DNA of 64,000 nucleotides from the human T2T-CHM13v2.0 reference genome, Homo sapiens: NCBI GenBank assembly GCA_009914755.4, contig CP068257.2, positions 22,304,001 to 22,368,000 of the forward strand, read 5' to 3'. Shown piece by piece: positions 15,612 to 26,600 of this stretch (position 1 is its first letter; each line of letters starts with the position of its first letter). The notes under the pieces were generated by a model. It saw only the letters and a program-made list of their open reading frames with translations, ran no database searches and was not told where the DNA came from. The position numbers and the translations under genes were made by a program.

Positions 15612-15690
15612 CTCTCGCGCTCTCTCTGTCTCTCTCTCCCCCCCCACCCCCCTCTCACTCTCTCTCTCATTTCTCTTTCAGACCGGCCTT
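15612..15690. repeat. (CT)n/(C)n low-complexity microsatellite
   Basis: ctctcgcgctctctctgtctctctctccccccccacccccctctcactctctctctcatttctctttc. Confidence 0.8.
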
Positions 15691-15734
15691 AACACACACA
15701 CCCTTGGTTATGAACTGCATGTTCGTGGCTCTCT

Positions 15735-15871
15735 CAAATTCACAAGTTGAGTCCCTAACTCACAATGTGATAGTATTTGCAGGTGGGGCCTTTGAGAAGT
15801 AATTAGGTTTGGATGATGTCATAAGAATGGATCCCCCCTTAATAGAGTTTGTGCCCATATTAAAAGACACC
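15735..15871 (+). mobile_element. MLT1-type MaLR LTR, 5' part (interrupted by an L1 fragment)
   Basis: caatgtgatagtatttgcaggtggggcctttgagaagtaattaggtttggatgatgtcataagaatggatcccc resembles the MLT1 consensus caatgtgatggtatttggagatggggcctttgggaggtgattaggtttagatgaggtcatgagggtgg. Confidence 0.55.
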
Positions 15872-16184
15872 CTCAGCAAACTAACACAGGAACAGAAAAC
15901 CAAACACTGTATGTTTTCACTTACAAGTGGGAGCTGAACAATGAGACACATGGACACAGGGAGGGGAACATCACACGGGGGCCTGTCCTGTCGGGGGTGG
16001 TGGTGGCAAGAAGGAGAACATCAGGATAAATAGCTAACGCACGCAGGGCTTAACACCTAGGTGATGGGTAGATAGGTGCAGCAAACCACCATGGCACACA
16101 TTCACCTATGTAACAAACCTGCTCATCCTGTACATGTAACTCGGAACTTAAAATAAAATAAAATAATTTTTTTTTTTAAAAAGA
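15872..16184 (+). mobile_element. L1 (L1PA-like) 3' end fragment: last ORF2 codons, 3' UTR and A-rich tail, inserted into MLT1
   Basis: cctcagcaaactaacacaggaacagaaaaccaaacactgtatgttttcacttacaagtgggagctgaacaatgagacacatggacacagggaggggaacatcacac ... ggtgcagcaaaccaccatggcacacattcacctatgtaacaaacctgc ... aaaataaaataaaataa. Flanked by aaaagac / aaaagag, a possible target-site duplication. Confidence 0.85.
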
Positions 16185-16262
16185 GGCCAAACCTTACCTT
16201 CTCTCTACCATGTGAGGATACAGCAACATGTGAGATATCTTTAACATCTACTAAAATTCCTG
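16185..16262 (+). mobile_element. MLT1-type MaLR LTR, continuation after the L1 insertion
   Basis: ttctctctaccatgtgaggatacagcaacatgtgag matches MLT1 ctctctctccaccatgtgaggacacagcgagaag. Confidence 0.5.
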
Positions 16263-17324
16263 GCTCAGATCAGGTGCTTAATAAGTATTTCTAAACAACT
16301 AAAATATTGACTAAACTAATTATGTATTATAATATCAACTAGAATAGGCAGTAAATGAACGTGAGCTTACATTTGCTGCGATAAATTTCTAATTTCTGTT
16401 GAGGCATAGCCATTTCAGTATCACGTTAAGGGAGAGAGAGAAAAAGAATGCTATTACAGATATAACTTTTTTCTCAGGATTTTTCGAAAATCAAGATGAT
16501 GATTTAGCTAAACTTACACATGTATAGATTTTTTTCCCCTCTGCTGTTATTTTGTTTAAGCAACAAAGGCAACAGTCAAAATTTAAGAAGGTTTGTATGC
16601 CTTCCAGACATATACTCGTACCTTCACAAGTACACAGGCCCACACACTGTTTAAGTAAACACTGACCACTGACGATGGGGCTAATTGACTTTACATAATG
16701 AAAGAATCAATATAATGTTTGATTTTCCTAAAGTTAATAGTGTGTTACTTATGATCATCTTAGTTCACTTTTACATGGCCATTTAGAATTTTAAACACAG
16801 CCATATATGCCAGGTTTTGCAGAAAACCTATCTGTTGGTATTAAGAATGGTAATTGATTTGTTCTAGCAGATTTAGCCTTTGATACAGCATTTTCAACCA
16901 TTAACCATCAAATAATTCATTATCCACTGTCAAGTTGTATTAATGCTTTTCACTGGCTCTCTTGAATTGTTCCATTACCAAAAAGTAATTGATAGAACTG
17001 CATACAGCTGTCCTGTCATCCATCTGAACTGACCTAATCATGACCGTTTATCACAACCAGTGCCAAATACCTTGAGGATCTTTTCAAAATGATAGCAATG
17101 GGTGTTCAACCTTTAATGTTCAGGGATTGTGCAAGTCTGTGTTTGATCAAGATTGTAAACACCTATTGGGAATTGCTATTTGTAGATGGTTGTAATATTA
17201 AATATATTAATATTAAAAATGTGTGTGCTCTTGAGCCAAACATATAAGGAGAAAACTTATATTGAATTTATGTGCTGTGGAGTCCATAAGTCATTTCTTT
17301 TTAAGGGAGTGGTCAAATTTTTGT

Positions 17325-17690
17325 TATAATTAACAATTGTCATCAAGGCAATTGTCATCAAGGCAAGGTATCAAGTTCAAGCCCCAGCTGAGATCTGAGG
17401 GTAGTGGGTAGATGAGGGGTAGGGAGTGGGAAGAACACTGACGAGACAGCAGGTAGATGGGACATGGCTTTATTCAGCAGCTCACTCACACTGTGGGTGT
17501 TTGCATTTATGCACCTGGCAAACAACAGTGGCTACAAGCCAGGTGATGAGCCCTCCCATACTATGGCTACATAGCTGTGATTATATAATGCACAGAATTG
17601 TGTGCCTGGAGTCCAATCTCGTTGAGTCACACAGGATGTTTATCTTGGCCTATGCCTGCCTGGCTGCAGTGCAGCCATGTTCCTTACACT
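17325..17690 (-). promoter_or_regulatory. Putative HERV 3' LTR (U3-R-U5) with TATA-like box and AATAAA in proviral orientation
   Basis: Immediately downstream of the env stop. In reverse complement it carries ttatataatcacagc (TATA-like) and gctgctgaataaagccatg (poly-A signal, plus coordinates about 17468-17473). A 15-bp tandem duplication caattgtcatcaagg sits twice at the distal end, about 17338-17367. Confidence 0.5.
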
Positions 17691-17697
17691 CCACCCC

Positions 17698-19250
17698 CTA
17701 GGCCAAGGTAGTCCTCTTTGTGGGGACCTGTGCACACAGGGCAGTACCCTGGACCCAGAGGCCACAGCAACAATACAGAGAGCAACAACCTACTACCAAT
17801 ATTCCTACTGTGCTACCTATGATTATGAGAACCCAACATAGGCCAGAGCCCAGAGATGCCCACCATCTCTGCAGGGGGTTGTCAGTAAGGCACTCAACCA
17901 CCTTAATCTCCTGTGACATCCCTTGTAAATCTGCTGTTGTGTTCTGCTGGTTGTCAGGGATGAATGTACAACACTGTATGCCTACAAGGGAACATAGTAA
18001 CATCTTGGGCAGCTGTTACTATGTCTAAGGCCATCCAGTTTTGCAGCACCACCTTCCTGATCTGATCAACCTCATCAGTTAACAAAAGGAGGGTAACTTG
18101 GGTGTAATTCAGGGCCCAAGCTGTGTGCACTGCAAGGGCTGTAACCTGCATTTCTACATGAATAACACCTGCTCCTGGGATAGTTATTGCTAAGGGGTAG
18201 AGCCACCAGAGGGCCCGCTGCACTTACAAAAACCAGGAATGTAGCGCCTTCCAGTTATGTGGATGACAAGGCGATGTGGAAAGCACAGTGGCAGGCACAT
18301 GGGCCACCCCCAGCAACAATATCCAGTCCAGTTGGCTGACAGACATGGCCATCCTGTGTTCCCAAATACCCATAAACTCCCAGGGGGCACAAAGTCCATT
18401 GGGGCTTGGGCTTGGTAAGGAGACACATATTATGTTTGCACAGGCTGCAGCGGGCAACAATCCCACAGTGACTTCACCGCAGTGTTGCTCTATATATACA
18501 TCATGGTACCTGCAATGAGAGTACCATGTGCTCTCTCATTAGCCAGCACCACCCATCATGGACACTATAAGTCAGCCGGGGGCAGGCCTGTCATGGGTTT
18601 TGCAATGCCCCCTATCCAAAGCTCACCATGTTGCATTCCAACCACTGTCTGTGGGACCCCAAGTTTCTAGCCAGGTATAGTAGTTCTTTTTAGAAGTTGG
18701 ATGTACATTCCAGGGCAAGCCATCCACAGCTGCTGCTGGAAGGGCAGTGCAGATCCAACAGCTGGAGACATTGGTCACCTGGGCATAGGTGTGGGCCCAG
18801 TCCACAATGGTGTTGGAGCATGTCAACCTACGGCCGGAACCGCAAAGGAGGCACAAGTATTAACAGGGGTAAGTCATGTCCCTCAGGCAAAATACGGGCC
18901 AAATTTTCATCTCTGGAAAACAACGCAGCCTCCAAGGACTTCTTCTGCGACAGCTTATCAGATCCCTGTGTTTTTTTAGGGTCTTGTAACTGTGCCAAAG
19001 TCACAGGGGAGCTCATGTTAGACCACACAGGCAGTACACATGTCCCCCGGAGGAGGGTCCCTTCCCTGGCTGTTCCCCTATGAATGGTTAATCGTGAGGA
19101 CCACACATTAAATACCCAAGGAGTAACATGTAAGTCATACTGCAGGCCCTCCCCTCTGGGGGCTATGTCAGCCAACCATCAGCAATGGGGGGCTTGGAGG
19201 GCCAACACCAGGTTTTCTGTTCTGCATTTGAGGCATTGGGGCAGGCAACA
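17698..19250 (-). pseudogene. HERV env remnant (SU and TM), multiple frameshifts and stops
   Basis: TM ectodomain with an immunosuppressive-like LQNWMALDIVTAAQ motif, a hydrophobic anchor and a cytoplasmic tail (ORFs 17698-18003 and 17954-18223); SU-like fragments with N-glycosylation sites (18190-18856). Confidence 0.65.
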
Positions 19251-19288
19251 ACAGATTACCATTTGTCCCCATAACTGGTCGGTGGAAG

Positions 19289-19913
19289 TCATCCTTGGTT
19301 TGTATCTGTAGCTGGATGGGGGCAGCGGCCCAGTGTCAGTGCCTCCACTGTAGCTGTGCCACCTTTCCATGGCTGCTCATTCAAGTTTTGGAGCGCCAGG
19401 TCCAACCTGGAACTCCAGCACCACAAAGACTGGGGAGTAAGAGTAACATGCAAAAGTAAACCATTCTTCAGGAGTCCACTATATCGCTCAATCATGCCAG
19501 CGGCTTGTGGGTTATAAGGAACGTGGAACCCCCATTGTATGTCCATCCGCTGTGCCCACTGTTGTACCTGCTGTCCAGTGAAATGTGTTCCCGTCACTTT
19601 CAATGGCCAGGGAATGGCTGTATAAGGCACCTAAGTGTTACAAGTCTCGAATGGTGTGTTGCTGGTCAGCCACCCTGCTAAGGTAAGCAAACAACAGGCT
19701 GGTGGCTGTGTCTACAGCTGTCAGTGCATGCGTGTAGCCCTGTGATTTTGGCAGTGGTCCAATGTAATCTATTTGCCATCTTGTCAAGGGCATCTGCCCT
19801 ACACTCACTTGTTGTGTTACACTGAGCAGTGTCTCCATTACACTTGAGTGCATGACGGGCACTTCTCGCAGGCCTCCCAAAAGTCCCGCGAGGGCAAAGA
19901 CAGACCCCAGCAC
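19289..19913 (-). pseudogene. HERV pol integrase remnant
   Basis: PLTRWQIDYIGPLP ... VDTATSLL then KVTGTHFTGQ ... WGFHVPYNPQAAGMIERYSGLLK (DDE core-like, partly mutated), split across two ORFs. Confidence 0.7.
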
Positions 19914-21156
19914 CTATTGACCTGCCGCATCAGCTTATCTCCCACATGTCTCAGTTTCCTGTGTAGCCACAAGGCCGCATCTCATGTAGATGCCGACTCT
20001 AACCAATGGACCTTGACCAAGACATCTGCCTCATCATTACTGGAGGTGGTCAAAGGCATATGACCCTACACATGGTAGACAGTTATAAGGTCTTGCCACA
20101 TGGTTTGGCCCCAAATGGGCCAATGGCCTACAAGCCAATTCTGTAACTTCCAGGTAGTTAACCATAAGGTTAAGCCTCAATAGACTGCTCAACTATCAGT
20201 GCAGTTTACCATAGGCATCTGCTCTTTGGTGATCACCATCCACACTGCCCTGAGTTCAGCCCATTGGCAGCTTGGTCCACACCCAGTATCAAACCATACA
20301 TGTCAATACTAGGCTGGACTGCTGTTGCATTCAAGGCAGCAGTAGTGTCCCAGCTGGACCCATCTGTATAACGTGCCCCATCAGGAATGGGGGGTGCCCT
20401 TCCTTAAACGGTGATGGCTCAGGGTCTAGGAGTGCCTCAGGCCCTGTGGCCTTGTCTTGCATTAGGACTACAGGCCCAGTGACCTCTTGTAACTCTGCTG
20501 CTAAAGGACTTATACTCTGTGAACTTTGCTGCTCCAATTTAGGTGCCCCACTTTGCTAAAGTGGATGTCTATGCCATCCCAGGGTTGGGGGTCATTACCC
20601 ATGAGCACACCCCCCCCCCCCGCTATTGGGTAAGCCATCCATAGGATGACCATAGCCCATCCCTTCATGCTCTTGGCTTACAGGCCTGAAGTGTGGCATA
20701 TGCAGCAGCTAATTGCTTCTCTATCAATGAATATCGGAGCTCCGCTCCTTTCCACAGCTAGGACCAAAAACCTACTGGCATTCTAAAGTGCTCTCTGTGC
20801 TGCCATAAGCCCCAGCCAAAACCATCTGTAGTCACATGTACATCAAGTTCAAATGGGCGTCCCTGATCAATCACTTGTAAGGCCTGTGCTTGCTGAATAG
20901 CCCACTTGGCTGACAGAAAGTCTGTCTCAGCCTCATCATCCCACTCCCAGGTAGCCCCCTTTTTTGGTCAACCAGTACAATGGTTTTATCATTTGAGCCA
21001 AATGGGGCATGAATGGCCAAAAGGCCTACAAAAAGTCTTTAGGTGTAGGCACCTCAAGGGGCCTACAAAGGACTGCAGCTGTCTCACCATGGTGGGTTGG
21101 GGGTATGCCTGGATTTTATTAATGATGGCCTCTGTTAAGGCCTTCATCTTACCTGA

Positions 21157-21627
21157 TCAAATAACTCCTAAGAATTTGGCAGACAATCCAGGCCCTTGGA
21201 CTCTGGATTTGTTGATGGCACAACTGCATACTGCCAAATGTTGCCACAAGAGGGGCGCCGCCACTTCTAAATGTGCAAGAGAATAAGAGGTTAACATAAT
21301 ATCATCAATATAATGGAACAGGTGGACCTCTTTTGGACATTTCCAGGTGGCTAAATCCATGGCCACAAGACCATGATAAACAGTGGGGCTATGTACATAG
21401 CCCTGTGGCAGCACAGTGAAAGTCCATTGTTGTCCTTCCCATGTGAAGGCAAATTGTTGCTGGCTCTCTGGAGCAATGTCAATGGAAAATAATGCATTAG
21501 CCAAATCTACAACATAGTGGTACTGTTCCAGTTCCATTGTCAAGTGGTCCATCAAATCCACAATGGAAGGTACAGCTGCACACAGAAGGGGTGTTACTTT
21601 ATTCAGTTCCGAACAATCCACTGTCAT
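21157..21627 (-). pseudogene. HERV pol reverse-transcriptase remnant
   Basis: FAFTWEGQQWTFTVLPQGYVHSPTVYHGLVAMDL ... HLFHYIDDIMLTSYS (LPQG and YXDD motifs). Confidence 0.8.
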
Positions 21628-21842
21628 CTGTCAAGTCCCATCAGGCTTTCTGACTGGCCATACCAGGGAACTGTAGGGGATATTGGTGTTATGCACTATT
21701 TGCACCTCCCCTAACTTCTTAATAGGTTCAGTTACCTCCATATATCCCCCTGGCAAATGGTATTGACGAGTGGAGGTAACCTGTCAGGGTTGTGGCAGAA
21801 CTTGGGGCCGGTGATATGTATGTCCATGCAGTACCGGCTTTA

Positions 21843-22154
21843 CTACAGGGACTTGAGTCTGAATTCTCTGACCATGGTGTACAAGTCCAGACCATGCAAA
21901 ATGTCCATCCCCAATATACATTCAGGTACGGAAGAGACATACACAGTGTATGGTGGAGGAGCCAAGTGGCCAATGCCAAGATGCAGAGACACAGGTTTCA
22001 CCATCACTGACTGGCCCACATAAACATCAATAAATGCAGCTCTGCCCAGAAACTTATCTGGGTTCCCATAAAAAAGATTGCAGTCTGCACCAGTATTTAC
22101 CAGCGCTAGGACCCATCGTACATTAGTGGCAGACCAGTGGATTGCCAACTCCAC
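21843..22154 (-). pseudogene. HERV protease remnant
   Basis: ALVNTGADCNLFYG (DTGAD active-site region with D to N change) ... ILGMDILHGL. Confidence 0.7.
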
Positions 22155-23128
22155 GTATGGCCTTCAGTTGCCTGGTTCCCCCGCAACCCAGGTACCTTGG
22201 CCAGTTTCCTAATCAAACAGGAAAGGCTTCGTATCTAAGCCAGTCTGCAAATAGTCCTTGAGCTGAAGCGTCTGGGTGGGACTGGGTTGAGCAACATTGT
22301 TTTGCCCCCTCTTGGGTATTTTCCAGAATTGTTGCTCTGGGGACAATTGCCTCCAGAGCCAACAGCATTCTGTTGGGATGTCTGTCAATTTTCACTGGAG
22401 CAACACAGCTGAAATTAAATCAGTCCACATCTTCATGCGGTTCACCCACTGGAGCCCTCTCTTATCTCGGGGGGTGGGTACCTGTAGATGGAGCATCTTC
22501 CTCTTCTTTATGGCACAATTCCCTGGTCCTGTTGATGGCCTTCTGCCTCCTCGAGGGCTACCATAGTAGTAGTCACTTCATATATGCGACACCCCACATA
22601 CGGGGTGAGGACAGCAGCCAGAGAGGCAAAAGCACTTAGGTGCACTTAGCCCAGAACAAGATTCCTCATATAAGAGACAAAACATTCATCATCTGGCCCC
22701 CAGGTATTCAGATCAAACATGGCCTGCCATATACCCAGCCCCTGGAGTACCTGCACCAAATCGGTATGCCACTGCCATCTACTGACAGTTTCTGGTATTT
22801 CACTGTCATCAGCCACTCAATCAGTGTGGTCACCTTGCCCCTGTGTTCACCAGCTGTAGCTGCTGAGGAAGGGAGGGGTAAGTTGTAATAGAAACCAGCT
22901 TCTCCACCTCAGAGGTGGAGCAGGAAATGCTGTCAGCTCCTTCATCCGAAAGACGAGTAACCAGGCAGGAAGGGGCTCCCCCAAAAGCTGCCCACATTGC
23001 TTGCCTAACTCCCGCAGCTCAGTGAGGGTATAAGCACTATAGGAAGTGTGTTCCACCACAGTAGGGGGGCCCTGAGCCCGCTCCTGAGGTCCCATTGGCT
23101 GCTCATGTTCTACCTTCTGACAGATCAC
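22155..23128 (-). pseudogene. HERV gag remnant, 5'-truncated and heavily interrupted
   Basis: Lies between the protease and the L1-derived junction; only about 1 kb, which is too short for a complete gag. Contains the ORF 22847-23128 (..YTLTELRELGKQ..). Confidence 0.4.
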
Positions 23129-23232
23129 AGGGCGAGCCTGCAGCGGGGAGCCTCCTGCTCCTCAGCATTAGACTGAACGGGGCAGTTCCCTGCCTGGAGA
23201 ACAGGCTCAAGGTCACAGTGACGGCTGTCTCA

Positions 23233-23300
23233 CTGTTTCCTGCCATATTGTTATTTGTTTTGTGGTTGTTTCTTCTTTCTTTCCTTTATTCTTTGTTTCC
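23233..23300 (-). repeat. Isolated 57-68 bp L1 inter-ORF/ORF2-start fragment; near-identical direct repeat of 27377-27440
   Basis: tcctgccatattgttatttgttttgtggttgtttcttctttctttcctttattcttt matches 27377-27433 at 56/57 positions. Confidence 0.85.
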
Positions 23301-23649
23301 TGTTCCAGGCTGCTTTTCTGGGCCTCTAAATGCCCTGTTTGCACCTGGAGGTCCTTACCCACAGTTTTTGCTCCAAGCTGTGCATTTGAGCCCCCAGGCG
23401 CACAGCTTGCACCTGGAGGTCTCTTACCGGCGCAGTGTCCCTTAGGGACTGAACATGTACTTTCTGCAGTGCAGTCAGAAACGCTTATCTGACTCTGCTG
23501 GTGAAGGCGAATTCCTTCTCGTGCTGTGTGCTTCCAGCTGCTTCAGTGCTTTCTCCACACCCACAAGGGACCCATCCACAGCCTCCCACACTTACCCTGG
23601 AGCGCAGTGGAGCATCACTGCCAACGGGTACCTTATGTGCATACATGAC

Positions 23650-26600
23650 AGGTTTAATCCATGTTGTTGCAAATGACAGGATCTCATTTGATTTTATGGC
23701 TAAGTAGTACTCCATTCTGTATAAGTACCACATTTTCTTTAACCATTTATCTGTTGATTGACACTTAGGTTGTTCCCAAATCTTGGCTATTGTGAATAGT
23801 GCTGCAGTAAACATGAGAGTACGTACATCTCTTTGATATATGAATCTCATTTCTTTTGTGTATATACCAAGCAGTGGGATTTCTAGGCCATATGTTAGCT
23901 CTAGTTTAAATTTTTTGAGAAACACCCATACTGTACTCTACAGTAGTTGAACTAACTTACCTTCCCACCAATAATGTACAAAGGTTCCCTTTTCTCCACA
24001 TCCTCACCAGCATTTGTTATTGCTTGACTTTTGGATAAAAGGCATTTTAACTGGGGTGAGATGATATCTCACTGTAATTTTGGTTTGTATTTCTCTGATG
24101 ATCAATGATGTTGAGTACATTTTCATATACCTTTTTGCCACTTTTATGTTTTCTTTTGACAAATGTCTATTCAGATCTTCTGCCCATTTTTCAATCAGAT
24201 TATTAGATTATTTCCTATTGAGTTGTTTGTGACCCTTGTGTATTCTGGTTATTAATTCCTTGTCAGATGGATAGTATACAAATATTTTCTCCCTTTCTTT
24301 GGGTTGTCTCTTCACCTTGATGATTGTTTTCTTTGCTGTGAAGAAGCTGTTTAATTTGATGTGACCCAATTTGTCCATTTTTGCTTTGATTGCTCGTGCT
24401 TGCTTGATATAGCTCAAGAAATATTTGACCTGTCCAAGGGCCTGGAGAGTTTCCTCAGTGTTTCACTGTAGTAGTTTCACAGTGTCAGGGCTTAGGTTTA
24501 AGTCTTTAATCCATTTTGATTTGACTTTGTATACGGTGAGAGATGTGGGCATGCTTTCATTCTTCTGCATATAGATATACAGTTTTCCCGACACGATTTA
24601 CTGAAGAGACTGTCCTTTTCGCAGCATATGTTCTAGATGCCATTATGAAAAATGAATTCACTGTAGATGTATGGATTTATTTCTGAGTTCTCTATTCTGT
24701 TTCATTGGTCTATGTGTCTGTTTTTATGCCAGCACTATGCTTTTTTTTTTTTTTTTTTTTTTTGGTTACTATAGCTCTATAGTATAATTTGAAGTCAGGT
24801 AATGTGATTCCTCCAGTTTTGTTGTTTTTGCTGAGAACAAACTCAGATCATTTATGGTTCCATAAAAACTGTAGGATTGTTTTTGTCAATTTCTATGAAG
24901 CATGATGTTGATATTTTGATAGGGATTTAATTGAATCTGTAGATTGCTTTGGGAAGTATAGAAATTTTAAAAATATAAATTCTTCCAATCCATGAACATG
25001 GAATATCTTTCCATTATTTTGTTCCCTCTTCAACTTATTTCATCAATGTTGTATAGTTTTCATTATAGAGATTTTTCACTTATTTGGTTAATTTCTAGGT
25101 ATTTTATTTTTTATTTGTAGTAATTGTAAATGCAATTGCTTTCTTGATTTCTTTCTCAGATTATTTGCTGTTGGCATATAGAAATGCTTCTAATTTTTGT
25201 ACATTGATTTTGTATCCTGCAACTATACTGAATTTGTTTATCAGTTCTAACTGTTTTTTAGTGGAATCTTTTAGTTTTCCCAAGTGTAAGAATATATCAT
25301 CAGCAAACAAAGATAATTTGACTGCTTTCATTCCAATTTGGATGACCTTTATTTCTTTCTCTTGTCTGATTGCTCTAGCTAGGACTTCCAGTACTATGTT
25401 GAATACCAGTGGTAAAAGTGGGCACCCTTATATTGTTCCAGTTCTTAGAGACAAGGCTTTAAGTTTTTCCTCATTCAATATGATACTAGCTGTGGGTCTG
25501 TCATATATGGCTTTTCTTGTGTTGAGGTATATTCCTTCTATACTCAGTTTTTGAGGGTTTTTATTATGAAAGGATGTTGAATTTATCAAACAGTTTTTCA
25601 GCATCAATCAAAATTGTCATAAGGTTTTTGTCCTTATTCTGTTGATACGATGTATCACATTGATTGATTTGCATATGTTAAACCATTCTTGCATCCCTTG
25701 GATAAATTGCACTTGGCTATGAATAATGATATTTTTAATGTGCTACTGAATTTTGTTTGCTAGTATTTTCTTGAAAATTTTTGCATCAATGTTCATGAGG
25801 GAGATTGCCTGTGGTTTTCTTTTTTTGATGTCTCATTGTCAGATTTTGGCATCAGGGTAATACTAGCCTCTTTGAATGTGTTCAGAAGTATTCCTTCCTC
25901 ATCTATTTTTTGAAATAGTTTGAATAGGATTGTTATTTGTTCTTCTTCAAATGTTTGTTAAAATTCAGCAGTGAGGCCATCAGGCCCCAGGATTTTCTTT
26001 GATGGGATACTTTTTATTATGGCTTCAATCTCATTACTTGTTATTAGTCTGTTTAGGTCTTAAATCCTTCATGTTTCAATTGTGGTAAATTGTATGTGTC
26101 TATGAATTTATCTATTTCTTCTACATTTTTTAATTTATTGGAATATAGTTGCTTCATAGTAGCCTTTAATGATTATTTGGATGGTTCTAGTGTCTCCTTC
26201 TTTTATCTCTGAAATTATTTACTTAGGTCTTCTCTCTTTTTTTCTTAGATAGTCTGGGTAAAAATGTGCTGATTTTGTTTTCTTCAAAAAACCAAGCTTT
26301 TGCTTCATTAATCTTTTGTATGTTTTTGTTTCAATTTCATTTATTTCTGCTCTTATCTCTGTTATTCATTTCCTTTTACTAAACTTGGATTTAATTTGTT
26401 CTTAACTTTCTAGATCTTTAAGATGACGAGTTAGGTTGTTTATTTGAGACATTTTTTTAACTTTTTATGTTGTAGGATTTACAGCTATAAACTTTTTTCT
26501 TAGTAGTGCTTTTGCCTTATCCCATAGGTTTTGGTATGTTGTGTTTTCGTTATCATTTGTTTCAATAAATGTTTAAATATTCTCCTTAATTTCTTCATTA

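Larger units (their letters stand above)
17325..23232 (-). mobile_element. Degenerate class I (gammaretrovirus-like, ERV1) endogenous retrovirus provirus remnant: 5'-truncated gag, pro, pol, env and a 3' LTR; the 5' LTR and primer-binding site are absent
   Basis: Minus-strand ORF fragments in retroviral order: aspartyl protease (LVNTGADCNL), RT (LPQGYVHSPTVYH ... HYIDDIML), integrase (WQIDYIGPLP ... VPYNPQAAGMIERYSGLLK), env SU and TM (LQNWMALDIVTAAQD, membrane span LGSGLCWVLIIIGSTVGILVVGCC). All frames are broken by stops. Confidence 0.8.

Noticed and set aside
17338-17367. 15-bp tandem duplication caattgtcatcaagg x2 at the distal end of the putative HERV 3' LTR as a retroviral target-site duplication
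   Set aside because: Retroviral target-site duplications are 4-6 bp and flank the whole provirus. A 15-bp tandem copy at one end is more likely a slippage duplication. It is kept only as a note on the LTR feature.
17720-21286. Plus-strand ORFs of 70-128 aa across 17.7-21.3 kb (for example 18697-19083 and 20906-21286)
   Set aside because: They lie antisense to the HERV env/pol remnants, have no recognisable domains, and are compositionally ordinary. They are chance open frames in relatively GC-rich retroviral sequence.
21157-21627. Longest ORF in the window (156 aa, minus strand) as a candidate host protein-coding gene
   Set aside because: It encodes a retroviral reverse-transcriptase fragment (YIDD motif) inside a degenerate provirus whose neighbouring pol frames are broken by stops. 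It is a pseudogene remnant, not a host gene.
23485-23925. 146-aa minus-strand ORF
   Set aside because: Its C-terminal two thirds are the L1 ORF2 C-terminus (..AALFTIAKIWEQPKCQSTDKWLKKMWYLYRMEYYLAIK..). The N-terminal extension runs into unassigned junction sequence with no homology I recognise. It is an L1 remnant.
25144-25554. 136-aa plus-strand ORF ([38 protein letters not shown]...)
   Set aside because: This is the well-known spurious antisense ORF of L1 ORF2 (it appears in essentially every antisense L1 copy), not an independent gene.
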